From assembly GCA_938003925.1 (NCBI GenBank), contig CALKWQ010000023.1:18885-82884 (forward strand): a DNA stretch of 64,000 nt, in the 5' to 3' direction. Source of the stretch: an uncultured bacterium. Lineage in GTDB: Bacteria; Patescibacteriota; Patescibacteriia; Patescibacteriales; UBA12465. The notes below the pieces were generated by a model that had not been told where the DNA came from, searched no databases, and was given only the letters and a program-made list of their open reading frames with translations. Every line of letters begins with the position of its first letter. Position 1 is the first letter of the stretch. Below, one piece after another: positions 38,839 through 46,960 of the stretch. The translations under genes and the position numbers were made by a program.

Positions 38839-39627
38839 ATGGAACAATACCTAGAATTTGCAAAAAATTTGGCAAAAGAAGCAGAGGGCATAGCTTTAAA
38901 ATATTTTAACTTTGAAGTTGAAACTATTATAAAAGAAGATAATACACCCCTTACAAAAGCTGACACAGAGATAAACGATTTAGTGATAAAAAGAATAAAT
39001 GAAGTATACCCAGAACACAGTATTTATGGAGAGGAAAAAAGTGAGTTAAAAGAAAACTCAAAATATATTTGGGTTTGCGACCCTATAGATGGAACCATGC
39101 CGTTTTCAAATGGATTGCCAATTTTTACATTTTCTATTGCCCTAGTTGACCAATCGAATGGACAGCCAATATTAGGCGTAATTAATGATCCGGCAATGAA
39201 AAATATGTATTGGGCGATGAAAAATGGTGGATCATACAGAAACGGACAAAGAATAGAGGTATTAAAGACAGATAGTTTACTAAATACTTATTTAAATACA
39301 GATGCATCTGGTAAGGCTGTAGGTTTTTCAAATTTACCACTAATTAAAACTTTAAGCGAAAAGAAATGTGCAGTTATGAGATTTCTTTCTTTTATCTATG
39401 GAGGGGTTCAGGTTGCCAATGGTAAATTTATCGGGGCAGTATTTTATAATCCATATGGACACGATGTTGCCGCTTTAAAAATTATCACCGAAGAAGCTGG
39501 CGGCAAGGTTACCGATTTAAATGGCAACGAAAGAAGATATGATCGAGACGGTATTGGCTGTATTGTTTCTAACGGCATACTTCATGAAAAATTATTAGAA
39601 ATAGTTCAGTTGGGGAAAATAAAATAG
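38839..39627 (+). CDS. Inositol monophosphatase-family (SuhB/CysQ-like) phosphatase
   Basis: IYGEE.., WVCDPIDGTMPF, and the later G..AA motifs of the IMPase fold. Confidence 0.8.
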   Translation: MEQYLEFAKNLAKEAEGIALKYFNFEVETIIKEDNTPLTKADTEINDLVIKRINEVYPEHSIYGEEKSELKENSKYIWVCDPIDGTMPFSNGLPIFTFSIALVDQSNGQPILGVINDPAMKNMYWAMKNGGSYRNGQRIEVLKTDSLLNTYLNTDASGKAVGFSNLPLIKTLSEKKCAVMRFLSFIYGGVQVANGKFIGAVFYNPYGHDVAALKIITEEAGGKVTDLNGNERRYDRDGIGCIVSNGILHEKLLEIVQLGKIK

Positions 39628-39730
39628 CTGATTAATGTAAGACAAAAAAGTTTCTAAACTACTCACTTACTCTACAGATTTAAAAATATTATTTTCGCGC
39701 TATTTTTGCTGTATAAATTTAATAAAAAAT

Positions 39731-40093
39731 ATGATAAATTTTGAAGATTTTTCAAACAAAATGGAAAATTCACCTCAAATTAAAAATCTAGATGAATTAT
39801 CAACAACAATGAAGTATGTTGCGTCGGAGTGGTTAAAAATAACCAACATTGATGAGCACGGTTTAAGATTAAAGGAGGCGGCTATTCTTGAGGCTCTACA
39901 GACCTTAAGGATAACTGAAGAATGGAAGGCTCAAAATGTTGACTTGGCTGTAAATTTTATACAATTAGCTGATACTAAAAATTTGATAGATGAAATAAAA
40001 AGATTGTTTTTTTTGAACTCTGTTCCTGATAGCACAATCTCTGCCAGACAAACATTTGATAAAATAAATTTTATGAAAAATATAGAAAATTAA
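39731..40093 (+). CDS. Hypothetical protein
   Basis: 120-aa AT-rich ORF. No motif recognised. Confidence 0.3.
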   Translation: MINFEDFSNKMENSPQIKNLDELSTTMKYVASEWLKITNIDEHGLRLKEAAILEALQTLRITEEWKAQNVDLAVNFIQLADTKNLIDEIKRLFFLNSVPDSTISARQTFDKINFMKNIEN

Positions 40094-40124
40094 CAATTTT
40101 ACAACACAACTAAGCGCTATTATT

Positions 40125-40164
40125 TCCGCAGTTTTTAAATAGCCCTAAACAAGGGCTATTTTTG
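40125..40164 (+). repeat. Copy of the tRNA-Ser 3' end plus flanking terminator
   Basis: TCCGCAGTTTTTAAATAGCCCTAAACAAGGGCTATTTTTGAT versus TCCGCAGATTAAAAATAGCCCTAAATAGGGCTATTTTGAT at 31474-31513. The copy also works as a hairpin terminator. Confidence 0.6.
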
Positions 40165-40246
40165 ATACAAGATTTATTACTTCTGTACAAAATGCTATAA
40201 TATATAAGTAGCCACTGTTAATCTAAAAGTAATTAACAATAAAAAT

Positions 40247-40933
40247 ATGAAAAGAAATCAACTCTACCTATCAATTGGAGCCTTAACCATCATGCTAGCA
40301 TTAACTGGCTGCGGACATAAACCTGACAACAGTCAGCCCGCTAACACTGAAAAGCCGGCAGGCGCTCAAGAAAGCATGTCCGACAACCAAGAAGAGTCGT
40401 ACTTTTCGGAAAAGATCGTAGACATGTTTAAAAAAGGTAAGCCTTTAGTCTGTACAACGGAAATGGAGAGTGAAGAAGGATTAATGACGGCTGTCTATTA
40501 CTTTGACAACGCCAACGAACGTCTCCGAGTAGATATGAAAATGGTAGGTAAAGGCGATGGCGTTAACGTTAACACCACCAGCATCTCTAAAGATGGTTGG
40601 GATTATTTTTGGGATGATTTAATGAACAAAGATGGTTTAAAGGTAAAAATTGAAGAGGATAATGATACCGCGGAAACAGGCTCACCAGTTGACAACGAAG
40701 AAAAATTTGAATTCCGCTGCCGGCCCTGGCAGGTAGAAGTAGACAAATTTGAGTTGCCCGCTGACAAATCTTTTAAAGATATTTCTGATTTAGGCCAAAT
40801 CGGTGGCACTATGCCGGTTACCACTGAGACCACAGTTACAACAGAGGCAACCGGTAGCGCGCCTGATGTGTGCTCGTTTTGTAATATGATTCCAGCTGGA
40901 CCAGAAAGGGATGAATGCTTAAGCTCTTGCTAA
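40247..40933 (+). CDS. Lipoprotein of unknown function
   Basis: Lipobox LALTGC, a low-complexity linker, and Cys pairs at the C-terminus. Confidence 0.5.
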   Translation: MKRNQLYLSIGALTIMLALTGCGHKPDNSQPANTEKPAGAQESMSDNQEESYFSEKIVDMFKKGKPLVCTTEMESEEGLMTAVYYFDNANERLRVDMKMVGKGDGVNVNTTSISKDGWDYFWDDLMNKDGLKVKIEEDNDTAETGSPVDNEEKFEFRCRPWQVEVDKFELPADKSFKDISDLGQIGGTMPVTTETTVTTEATGSAPDVCSFCNMIPAGPERDECLSSC

Positions 40934-41104
40934 CAGAAAAGTCAAAAATAACAACAACTCTACAAGCGCCCTATATAATTGCTAGGGCGCTTTATATTTC
41001 AATCACCGCTAAATGGAGCAACTCTTAAACTTGACAATTATAGTATAAAATATTATTATAGAAAGATAAATTAGTACCTTTCACCTCATCAAAAAACCCC
41101 GAAC

Positions 41105-41575
41105 ATGAAAAAAGCAAGTATTCTGATTACACTCTTAGTAATATTACTGAGCTGTGAGAAACAAACAAATGACATTGAGAAATTGCAGTTTCTCCCCTTG
41201 CGCGAGCAAACTACCAATCTCTTCGTCACCGACGATTCAGTAGCGCAAACAACTACGGTAACCAGCGATGGCGCCGTAATTATGCAGGAAAAATGGCAGC
41301 ACGGCGTCTACTCTGGCCCAATTATGCCAACACGTCTCCTTAGCACCAAGACCGCGGCCGGAACTGAATTTATACTACAGGGCAATAACGACCTGTTTTA
41401 TAACCGTTTAATTGTTATCCAACCGGGCTCAGTTGTTAGCTATTTTGACATCTCTTGTGTGAAAATTATAGCCGCAGAGCTAAGAGAAGATAAATTTATC
41501 TGGCTGAAATACAACAACTCCTGGACGAGAACCGGCCCCCTGCCGGATCAACAAATTACCATCGGGCTAAATTGA
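41105..41575 (+). CDS. Putative lipoprotein of unknown function
   Basis: Signal peptide with ILLSC lipobox-like cleavage. No other motif. Confidence 0.45.
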   Translation: MKKASILITLLVILLSCEKQTNDIEKLQFLPLREQTTNLFVTDDSVAQTTTVTSDGAVIMQEKWQHGVYSGPIMPTRLLSTKTAAGTEFILQGNNDLFYNRLIVIQPGSVVSYFDISCVKIIAAELREDKFIWLKYNNSWTRTGPLPDQQITIGLN

Positions 41576-41705
41576 TAGCCCTGAAAACCTCAACCTCTTA
41601 GACCAAGAATTTTCTTGGTCTCTTTTTTACTTAACAACTAAATAAGTGGCAAAATATAGGTTTTTCCACCACAACTTGGTATAATTAACACATACCTTTA
41701 AATTT

Positions 41706-42383
41706 ATGGAATTAAGTCACCAAGCAGACATCCACTGGGGCCTCTCTCTAAAAAAAGACGGACCGATGAAGTCACACATTAGCAATCGTACTGCTTTTTT
41801 GCAAAGACAGGGCTTGAGCGACAAGCTAGTAGCCTCTGCTAATCTAGCCCACGGAGCCAGAGTGGCTGCAGTAAAAAAGATTACCGCCTCCAGCATTTTC
41901 CCTGCTTGTGATGCCCTAATTACTCAAGAAAATAATTGCATATTAACAATCACCGTGGCTGACTGTCTACCAATTTATTTTTATGACACCAAACAAAAAG
42001 TAGTCGCTCTGGCACATGCCGGCTGGCGGGGAATTGTAGCCAACCTAATTCCGGCGACAATCAAAGCTTTTATTGATAACTATCATTCTCGAGCCAGCGA
42101 CATTATTGTCGACGTTGGCCCTCATATCCAAGCCTGTCATTTTGAAATTAAAAAAGATATTTTTGGCCAATTTGCCGCTGACGACCTCAGTACTCGCGAG
42201 GGGCATGTCTACGCCAAGCTATCTGCTGTAGTGCGTAAACAACTGCTAGCCTTAGGTGTCAAACCCGATAATCTAAAAATTAGCTCGGAGTGCACCTATT
42301 GCGCCAGCGAGAAATACTTTTCCTGCCGACGTGACCGTCATCAAACCCTAGAAACAATGCTCGCTTATATCGGCTTAAAATAA
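41706..42383 (+). CDS. pgeF: YfiH/PgeF (DUF152, laccase-domain) purine nucleoside phosphorylase-like protein
   Basis: ADCLPIYFYD, the HAGWRG motif and a C-terminal C..C/H pattern. The start may be internal (MKSHIS). Confidence 0.8.
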   Translation: MELSHQADIHWGLSLKKDGPMKSHISNRTAFLQRQGLSDKLVASANLAHGARVAAVKKITASSIFPACDALITQENNCILTITVADCLPIYFYDTKQKVVALAHAGWRGIVANLIPATIKAFIDNYHSRASDIIVDVGPHIQACHFEIKKDIFGQFAADDLSTREGHVYAKLSAVVRKQLLALGVKPDNLKISSECTYCASEKYFSCRRDRHQTLETMLAYIGLK

Positions 42384-42390
42384 TAAATAT

Positions 42391-42828
42391 ATGCTTCAAG
42401 AAAAAAACTTAGCACCAAACTTCCAAGCACCAGACCAAAACGGGCAAGTACATGAATTAAAACAATATCGAGGTCAGTGGGTTTTATTATATTTTTATCC
42501 CCGTGATAATACCCCTGGTTGCACTAAAGAAGCCTGTGCACTACGTGATCAACACCCCGCCTTTCAACAAGTTAAAGCTGTGGTTTTGGGTGTCAGTTCA
42601 GACTCAGTGGCTAGCCACGCTAAATTTGCTGCTAAATGGCAATTGCCATTCACTTTATTAGCCGACCCCGATAAAAAAATTATCACCGCCTATCAAGCTA
42701 ACGGACTATTTCGCCGTATTTCTTATCTCATTAACCCAGAAGGAATAATTGCAAAAACCTATCCCCGCGTTAAACCAGCAGAACACGCAGAGACGGTGAA
42801 ACAAGATTTAATTAATTTACAAAAATAA
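42391..42828 (+). CDS. bcp: Thiol peroxidase Bcp (peroxiredoxin Q type)
   Basis: FYPRDNTPGCTKEAC motif. Confidence 0.85.
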   Translation: MLQEKNLAPNFQAPDQNGQVHELKQYRGQWVLLYFYPRDNTPGCTKEACALRDQHPAFQQVKAVVLGVSSDSVASHAKFAAKWQLPFTLLADPDKKIITAYQANGLFRRISYLINPEGIIAKTYPRVKPAEHAETVKQDLINLQK

Positions 42829-42976
42829 TTATCTAACCATAAGTTCCAAAACCACCATATTAGAACCAAAAAATTTAATATTAGCAAAATCTTGCCAAAA
42901 TCTATATTTTTGCTATAATTTAAGTATAAGGAACCGGCAAGGTTTTATTTTAATTTGACTAAGAATAAATAAGAAT

Positions 42977-43360
42977 ATGGAAAACACTTTAGACCCTAAA
43001 GTCCTAGAAAAAATCAAAAAAGAATTATTGGCCCGTAAGCAACAGCTATTAGACAGCATAGCTGATATCGCCCAGAAAGATCCGCACGAGGCGGATAATT
43101 TGTCATCCAAATTTCCAGAATATGGTGACAAGCCCGATGAGAATGCTCAAGAAATCAGCGACTATACCGCTAATTCAGCCGCGGAAAAAGTTTTAGAAAA
43201 AACCCTAGCTGATATTGACGGTGCTTTAAAGCGTATTGCCAATGGTACTTACGGTATTTGTAAATATTGCGGTCAACCAATTGCACCTAAGCGCCTGCAA
43301 GCACGTCCAGTAGCTAGCGCTTGCATTGCTTGTAAAACAGAGCTTCAAGAAAATGAGTAA
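42977..43360 (+). CDS. DksA/TraR-family C4 zinc-finger protein
   Basis: C-terminal CKYCGQPI...CIACK four-Cys finger preceded by a coiled coil. Confidence 0.75.
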   Translation: MENTLDPKVLEKIKKELLARKQQLLDSIADIAQKDPHEADNLSSKFPEYGDKPDENAQEISDYTANSAAEKVLEKTLADIDGALKRIANGTYGICKYCGQPIAPKRLQARPVASACIACKTELQENE

Positions 43361-43826
43361 AACCTGGCGGTGCACAACAAATCTATTAGACATAGCTGGG
43401 CTGATGGTCATAGCTATGTTTTTTATATTAGACCGAGGACTCAAACAGGCAGCCCTAGCTCAAGGGCCAGACCAAGCCCTACAACTCATTGGTTCTTGGT
43501 TGAGTTTTAAACTAACCTTTAACCCTTACATCGCCTTTTCTTTGCCGGTATCCGGGCACCTACTGAATGCCTTAATCAGCCTAATTGTCTTATCTCTGTT
43601 TCTGAGAATAATTTACTTAATAATAAACAAAAAAAAGGCTAAGACCTATATTATACCCTTGACATTTCTTTTATTTGGTGCTATAAGTAATCTACTAGAC
43701 CGATATCTATATGACGCCGTGGTTGATTATCTAGATCTCCGTTACTTTACCGTTTTTAACATAGCCGATATCATGATTAGTGGTAGCGTCATCTTTATTC
43801 TCATTAAACAATTACGTAATAATTAA
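43353..43826 (+). CDS. lspA: Lipoprotein signal peptidase (signal peptidase II)
   Basis: NLLDR.. and VVDYLDL..FNIADIMIS motifs and 4 TM helices. Its ATG overlaps the dksA-like stop (ATGAGTAA). Confidence 0.75.
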   Translation: MSKTWRCTTNLLDIAGLMVIAMFFILDRGLKQAALAQGPDQALQLIGSWLSFKLTFNPYIAFSLPVSGHLLNALISLIVLSLFLRIIYLIINKKKAKTYIIPLTFLLFGAISNLLDRYLYDAVVDYLDLRYFTVFNIADIMISGSVIFILIKQLRNN

Positions 43827-43829
43827 TTT

Positions 43830-44591
43830 ATGTTCAAACAGGGATTTTTTGAAAATAGCTTTGAAAATCGCGGCACTGTCTTAGAACAGGAATATTTTCA
43901 CAGCGTTAACAAACATACCTATGGCAACCTGATGGATGCTTATGAGCACCCAGAACATCAAGAACTCCGCACAGCTGCAGACATAGAAAGAGCCTTAATG
44001 CGCAAATACGCAGACAAACCTGAGTATACCGACAGTTTTAAACAAGACTCCTACATTAACTTTAAAGACGCCATGAAGCTGGTAGAAAAATGTCAGCCCG
44101 GTAATCCAGAAAAACCTCAAGCTTTTTTTGCCCGCGCTTTAAACGAAGAAATCTCAGTCCTGTTCGGTAAAAGTTATCAGAGTAAATTCTTTACGGCTGT
44201 AGGTTCACATTTAGATACTAAACATGGCATTGATGCCTTTATAAAATTATATGATGACCAGGGTAAAGAGTTAGCTTATGTCACTTTAGATATTTCTACC
44301 TGGAATAAAGGACAAAGCAAAGCTGATCATCTTATTGTCATTGATCGTGACAACCGTGATCATTATGATCCCAGCTCATCTGTTTTTGATAAAAAAGAAT
44401 TTAATGATAGAATTAAGGCCGAAGCAAACACTTTAGTCGCTTTACTACAAGAAAAAATTAAAAAACAAACCAAAAAAATCGGAGATGAAAAAAAAGTTAC
44501 TGGGGGCAATAACCATCATGCCGGCCCAGACCGTCAACGCCCCCGCCTTAATAAGCCAGAGGCAATTGCGAAAACCACTGGAATGGCCTAA
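43830..44591 (+). CDS. Hypothetical protein
   Basis: 253-aa ORF with no recognised motif. Its 3' end overlaps an alternative-frame Cys-rich ORF after an A-run (see findings). Confidence 0.4.
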   Translation: MFKQGFFENSFENRGTVLEQEYFHSVNKHTYGNLMDAYEHPEHQELRTAADIERALMRKYADKPEYTDSFKQDSYINFKDAMKLVEKCQPGNPEKPQAFFARALNEEISVLFGKSYQSKFFTAVGSHLDTKHGIDAFIKLYDDQGKELAYVTLDISTWNKGQSKADHLIVIDRDNRDHYDPSSSVFDKKEFNDRIKAEANTLVALLQEKIKKQTKKIGDEKKVTGGNNHHAGPDRQRPRLNKPEAIAKTTGMA

Positions 44592-44814
44592 GGCAGTCAC
44601 CCGCTGCGCCTGTGCTCAGTGTGGCAGTATCAAAGAAATCAACCAACAACACGCAGATTTATTCCTGCAAATAATTAAAAAACCAGCCCCTGCGGCCGGT
44701 CTGAAAAATTTCTATTTTCGGGTTAGTTTTTGCGAGTACTGTCAGCAACAACCGCTAGTAATTCATTTGCTAGCTCTGTAAAACCACGAGGACTCTCACC
44801 AGAGGCCTCTTTTT

Positions 44815-45249
44815 TTAGGCTACAACTATTTCTCGCTCTTCAGGGCCTATTAATTTCAAAGTTATACGCCAGCAATCAGGGGGCAACAAATCGGCGGTCT
44901 TTTCGGCCCACTCTACCGCACTAATAGTGTCAGCAGCGCCCAGATAATCACCAGCACCAATAGCCACTAAATCACGAGCATCGTGTAAGCGATAGGCGTC
45001 AATGTGACAAAATTGCTTGACCATATCTCGGCGCAAAGCATATAACTTCATAATCGTAAAAGTCGGACTGTTTACCTTAGTCTTAACACCTAAACCAGCC
45101 GCGATGCCCTGAACCAGGGCGGTTTTGCCAGCACCCAAATCGCCAAATAAAGCGATGACATCGCCACCACGTAAAGACGCGGCCAGCCTTTGACCAAAAG
45201 CAAAGGTATCAGCCGGACTGGAACTAAAATGGGTTTGAGGAAGTTTCAT
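44815..45249 (-). CDS. tsaE: tRNA threonylcarbamoyladenosine biosynthesis ATPase TsaE
   Basis: GDLGAGKTALVQGIA P-loop, SPTF, and HIDAYRL motifs of YjeE. Confidence 0.8.
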   Translation of the reverse strand: MKLPQTHFSSSPADTFAFGQRLAASLRGGDVIALFGDLGAGKTALVQGIAAGLGVKTKVNSPTFTIMKLYALRRDMVKQFCHIDAYRLHDARDLVAIGAGDYLGAADTISAVEWAEKTADLLPPDCWRITLKLIGPEEREIVVA

Positions 45250-45296
45250 ATTCTTATTCTAAAGGATAAAGACAGGAAAATAAAGAGGCGGCCACC

Positions 45297-45339
45297 TTGA
45301 CAATAATGCGCCAGAGTAATATAATTAGATATATATCTA
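45297..45339 (+). promoter_or_regulatory. Consensus sigma70 promoter plus palindromic operator
   Basis: TTGACA (45297-45302), 17 nt, TATAAT (45320-45325), followed immediately by the perfect 14-bp palindrome TAGATATATATCTA (45326-45339). Confidence 0.7.
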
Positions 45340-45350
45340 AATATCAAACT

Positions 45351-45629
45351 ATGCTATTTAATCGCACCTTTGCGGCCCTAGCTGACCCTAATCGTCAAGC
45401 CATCCTCCAAACCCTTAAACAGGGCGAACAGCCGGTAGCGGCTATTGCTGAAAATTTAGATATCACCCTGGCCACCCTGTCACATCACTTGGATATCCTA
45501 AAGCGAGCTGACTTGATAAGTGCGCGCCGATCAGGAAGACAAATTTTTTACAATCTCAACATGAGTGTTTTAGAAGAACTCAGTGAAGCCTTACTAAAAT
45601 TTATCGGTCCTAAAAAACCGAAAAAATAA
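45351..45629 (+). CDS. ArsR-family autorepressor (SdpR-like)
   Basis: FAALADPNRQAILQTL..ATLSHHLDILKRADLI winged HTH. Start moved to the ATG at 45351, because the TTG at 45297 is the -35 box. Confidence 0.75.
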   Translation: MLFNRTFAALADPNRQAILQTLKQGEQPVAAIAENLDITLATLSHHLDILKRADLISARRSGRQIFYNLNMSVLEELSEALLKFIGPKKPKK

Positions 45630-45633
45630 TCAT

Positions 45634-46290
45634 ATGCCTAATATCACTTTCAAAACCGAATGGCGAGCTTTATTAATTCTTATAGCTACAGCCGCCCTAA
45701 GTTATTGGTCCTATCCTCAATTACCGGCCAGAGTAGCGTCTCATTGGAATTTTCAAGGACAAGTAGACGGCTGGACCAATAGCACTTTCCACGCCTTATT
45801 TTTCCCGGGTTTATTATTGGTGATGTATCTAGTATTTTTAATCATGCCCTACTTCGACCCTAAAAAAGAGCGTTACGCTGAATTTGCCAAAGCTTACCGA
45901 CTCATGCGTGACGCAATTCTATTTGTACTCTTAGGCGTATTTGCTACAGCTACGTTTTATAACTTAGACTATCAACTTAATGTCGGTGCAATTGTAGCCG
46001 GCTTAATCGGCTTATTGCTCATGGTGCTTGGTAATTACTTCGGCAAATTGAAGCGTAATTGGTTTATTGGCATTCGCACGCCCTGGACCCTATCCTCGGA
46101 AAATGTTTGGAACAAAACTCATCGTCTTGGCGGCCGCTTCTTTATGTTATGGGGTTTAGGATTAGCTCTAGCCCCCTGGCTAAACTTTCAATTAGCCATG
46201 ATTATCTTACTCAGCGGCGTTGCGATCATTGTTATTGGGATTAATCTTTATTCTTATTTGTTATACCGCAAAGAAAAGCAGGGTAAATAG
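45634..46290 (+). CDS. SdpI/YhfL-family membrane protein (DUF1648 + SdpI domains)
   Basis: VASHWNFQGQVDGW (DUF1648-like) and NWFIGIRTPWTLSSENVWNKTHR (SdpI-like), with multiple TM helices. Confidence 0.7.
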   Translation: MPNITFKTEWRALLILIATAALSYWSYPQLPARVASHWNFQGQVDGWTNSTFHALFFPGLLLVMYLVFLIMPYFDPKKERYAEFAKAYRLMRDAILFVLLGVFATATFYNLDYQLNVGAIVAGLIGLLLMVLGNYFGKLKRNWFIGIRTPWTLSSENVWNKTHRLGGRFFMLWGLGLALAPWLNFQLAMIILLSGVAIIVIGINLYSYLLYRKEKQGK

Positions 46291-46310
46291 TTTTAACTCC
46301 TAATAATAAA

Positions 46311-46337
46311 AAGACAGGCACTAAACCTGTCTTTTTA
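46311..46337 (+). terminator. Intrinsic terminator after the sdpI-like gene
   Basis: AAGACAGG-CACTAAA-CCTGTCTT plus T-run, ending 6 nt before the island repeat. Confidence 0.7.
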
Positions 46338-46343
46338 TTATAT

Positions 46344-46366
46344 GGGTGGGCGCACAAGGATTCGAA
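46344..46366. repeat. Distal att direct repeat (copy of the tRNA-Val 3' end)
   Basis: GGGTGGGCGCACAAGGATTCGAA, identical to 58686-58708. Confidence 0.9.
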
Positions 46367-46481
46367 ACATAAGGCACGAATATTTGAAACCCAATAAAAT
46401 TAAGGCAATCGCTGTAAATACAGGATATAACGGTTTTGCAGGCTTAGTCAACCTTAACCAAAAAATACTCCATTTACCACC

Positions 46482-46505
46482 TTTTGGACACAATATGGAC
46501 ACAGT
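46482..46505 (+). promoter_or_regulatory. Putative integrase arm-type binding site (left arm)
   Basis: TTTTGGACACAATATGGACACAGT matches 58561-58584 at 23 of 24 positions and contains a tandem TGGACACA. It lies 116 nt inside the left core repeat. Confidence 0.5.
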
Positions 46506-46582
46506 CCTTATTATGGCGATGCGGAAAGGTGAAAAATGGTTTATAATTTGCTGTGTAAAGAAAAGTAAAGTATAATATCAAT

Positions 46583-46780
46583 ATGAAAATCCAAAATGAA
46601 GATAATTTAAAATTTCACATTGAAAGCGATGATTATTTTGGCACTTTAGCCACAGTGTTAAGCCTACAAGAACAAAACTTATCAGAATATAAGAGATTTA
46701 AAGTGTCTGAAATATTAAAAAACAAGATTGATGAACTTATGTACTTGCAAAAGAACTATAAGATAATCAAAAAAGTATGA
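46583..46780 (+). CDS. Hypothetical small protein (first gene of the RM operon)
   Basis: 65-aa ORF whose stop overlaps the next start (ATGA). Confidence 0.3.
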   Translation: MKIQNEDNLKFHIESDDYFGTLATVLSLQEQNLSEYKRFKVSEILKNKIDELMYLQKNYKIIKKV

Positions 46781-46959
46781 ACGAAGAAAAAAAACAATTT
46801 TACACTGCCCAAGAATTAGCCGAACTACTTGGCTTTAATATAATGACCATTTATCGATATATTAAATCTGGTAAGCTAAAAGCCTACAAATTTGGTAAAG
46901 ATTTTCGGATTGACAACGCCGAGTTTCAATCTTTCTTAAAAAAAGTAAAAATAAAGTAA
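46777..46959 (+). CDS. Excisionase-family (MerR-type HTH_17) DNA-binding protein, possible RM controller
   Basis: YTAQELAELLGFNIMTIYRYIKSGKLKAYKFGKDFRI matches the excisionase-type HTH pattern. The gene ends 1 nt before the RM gene. Confidence 0.6.
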   Translation: MNEEKKQFYTAQELAELLGFNIMTIYRYIKSGKLKAYKFGKDFRIDNAEFQSFLKKVKIK

Positions 46960-46960
46960 T

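Noticed and set aside
44730-44924. 64-aa plus-strand ORF overlapping the 3' end of tsaE.
   Set aside because: It is antisense to the tsaE C-terminus and has a low-complexity sequence, so it is probably spurious.
46342-46575. 77-aa ORF beginning MGGRTRIRN.
   Set aside because: It starts inside the att direct repeat (a tRNA-Val 3' copy) and runs through the putative arm-type site. Its resemblance to the integrase C-terminus (FGHNxDTV) comes from the shared 24-nt DNA repeat, not from a gene.
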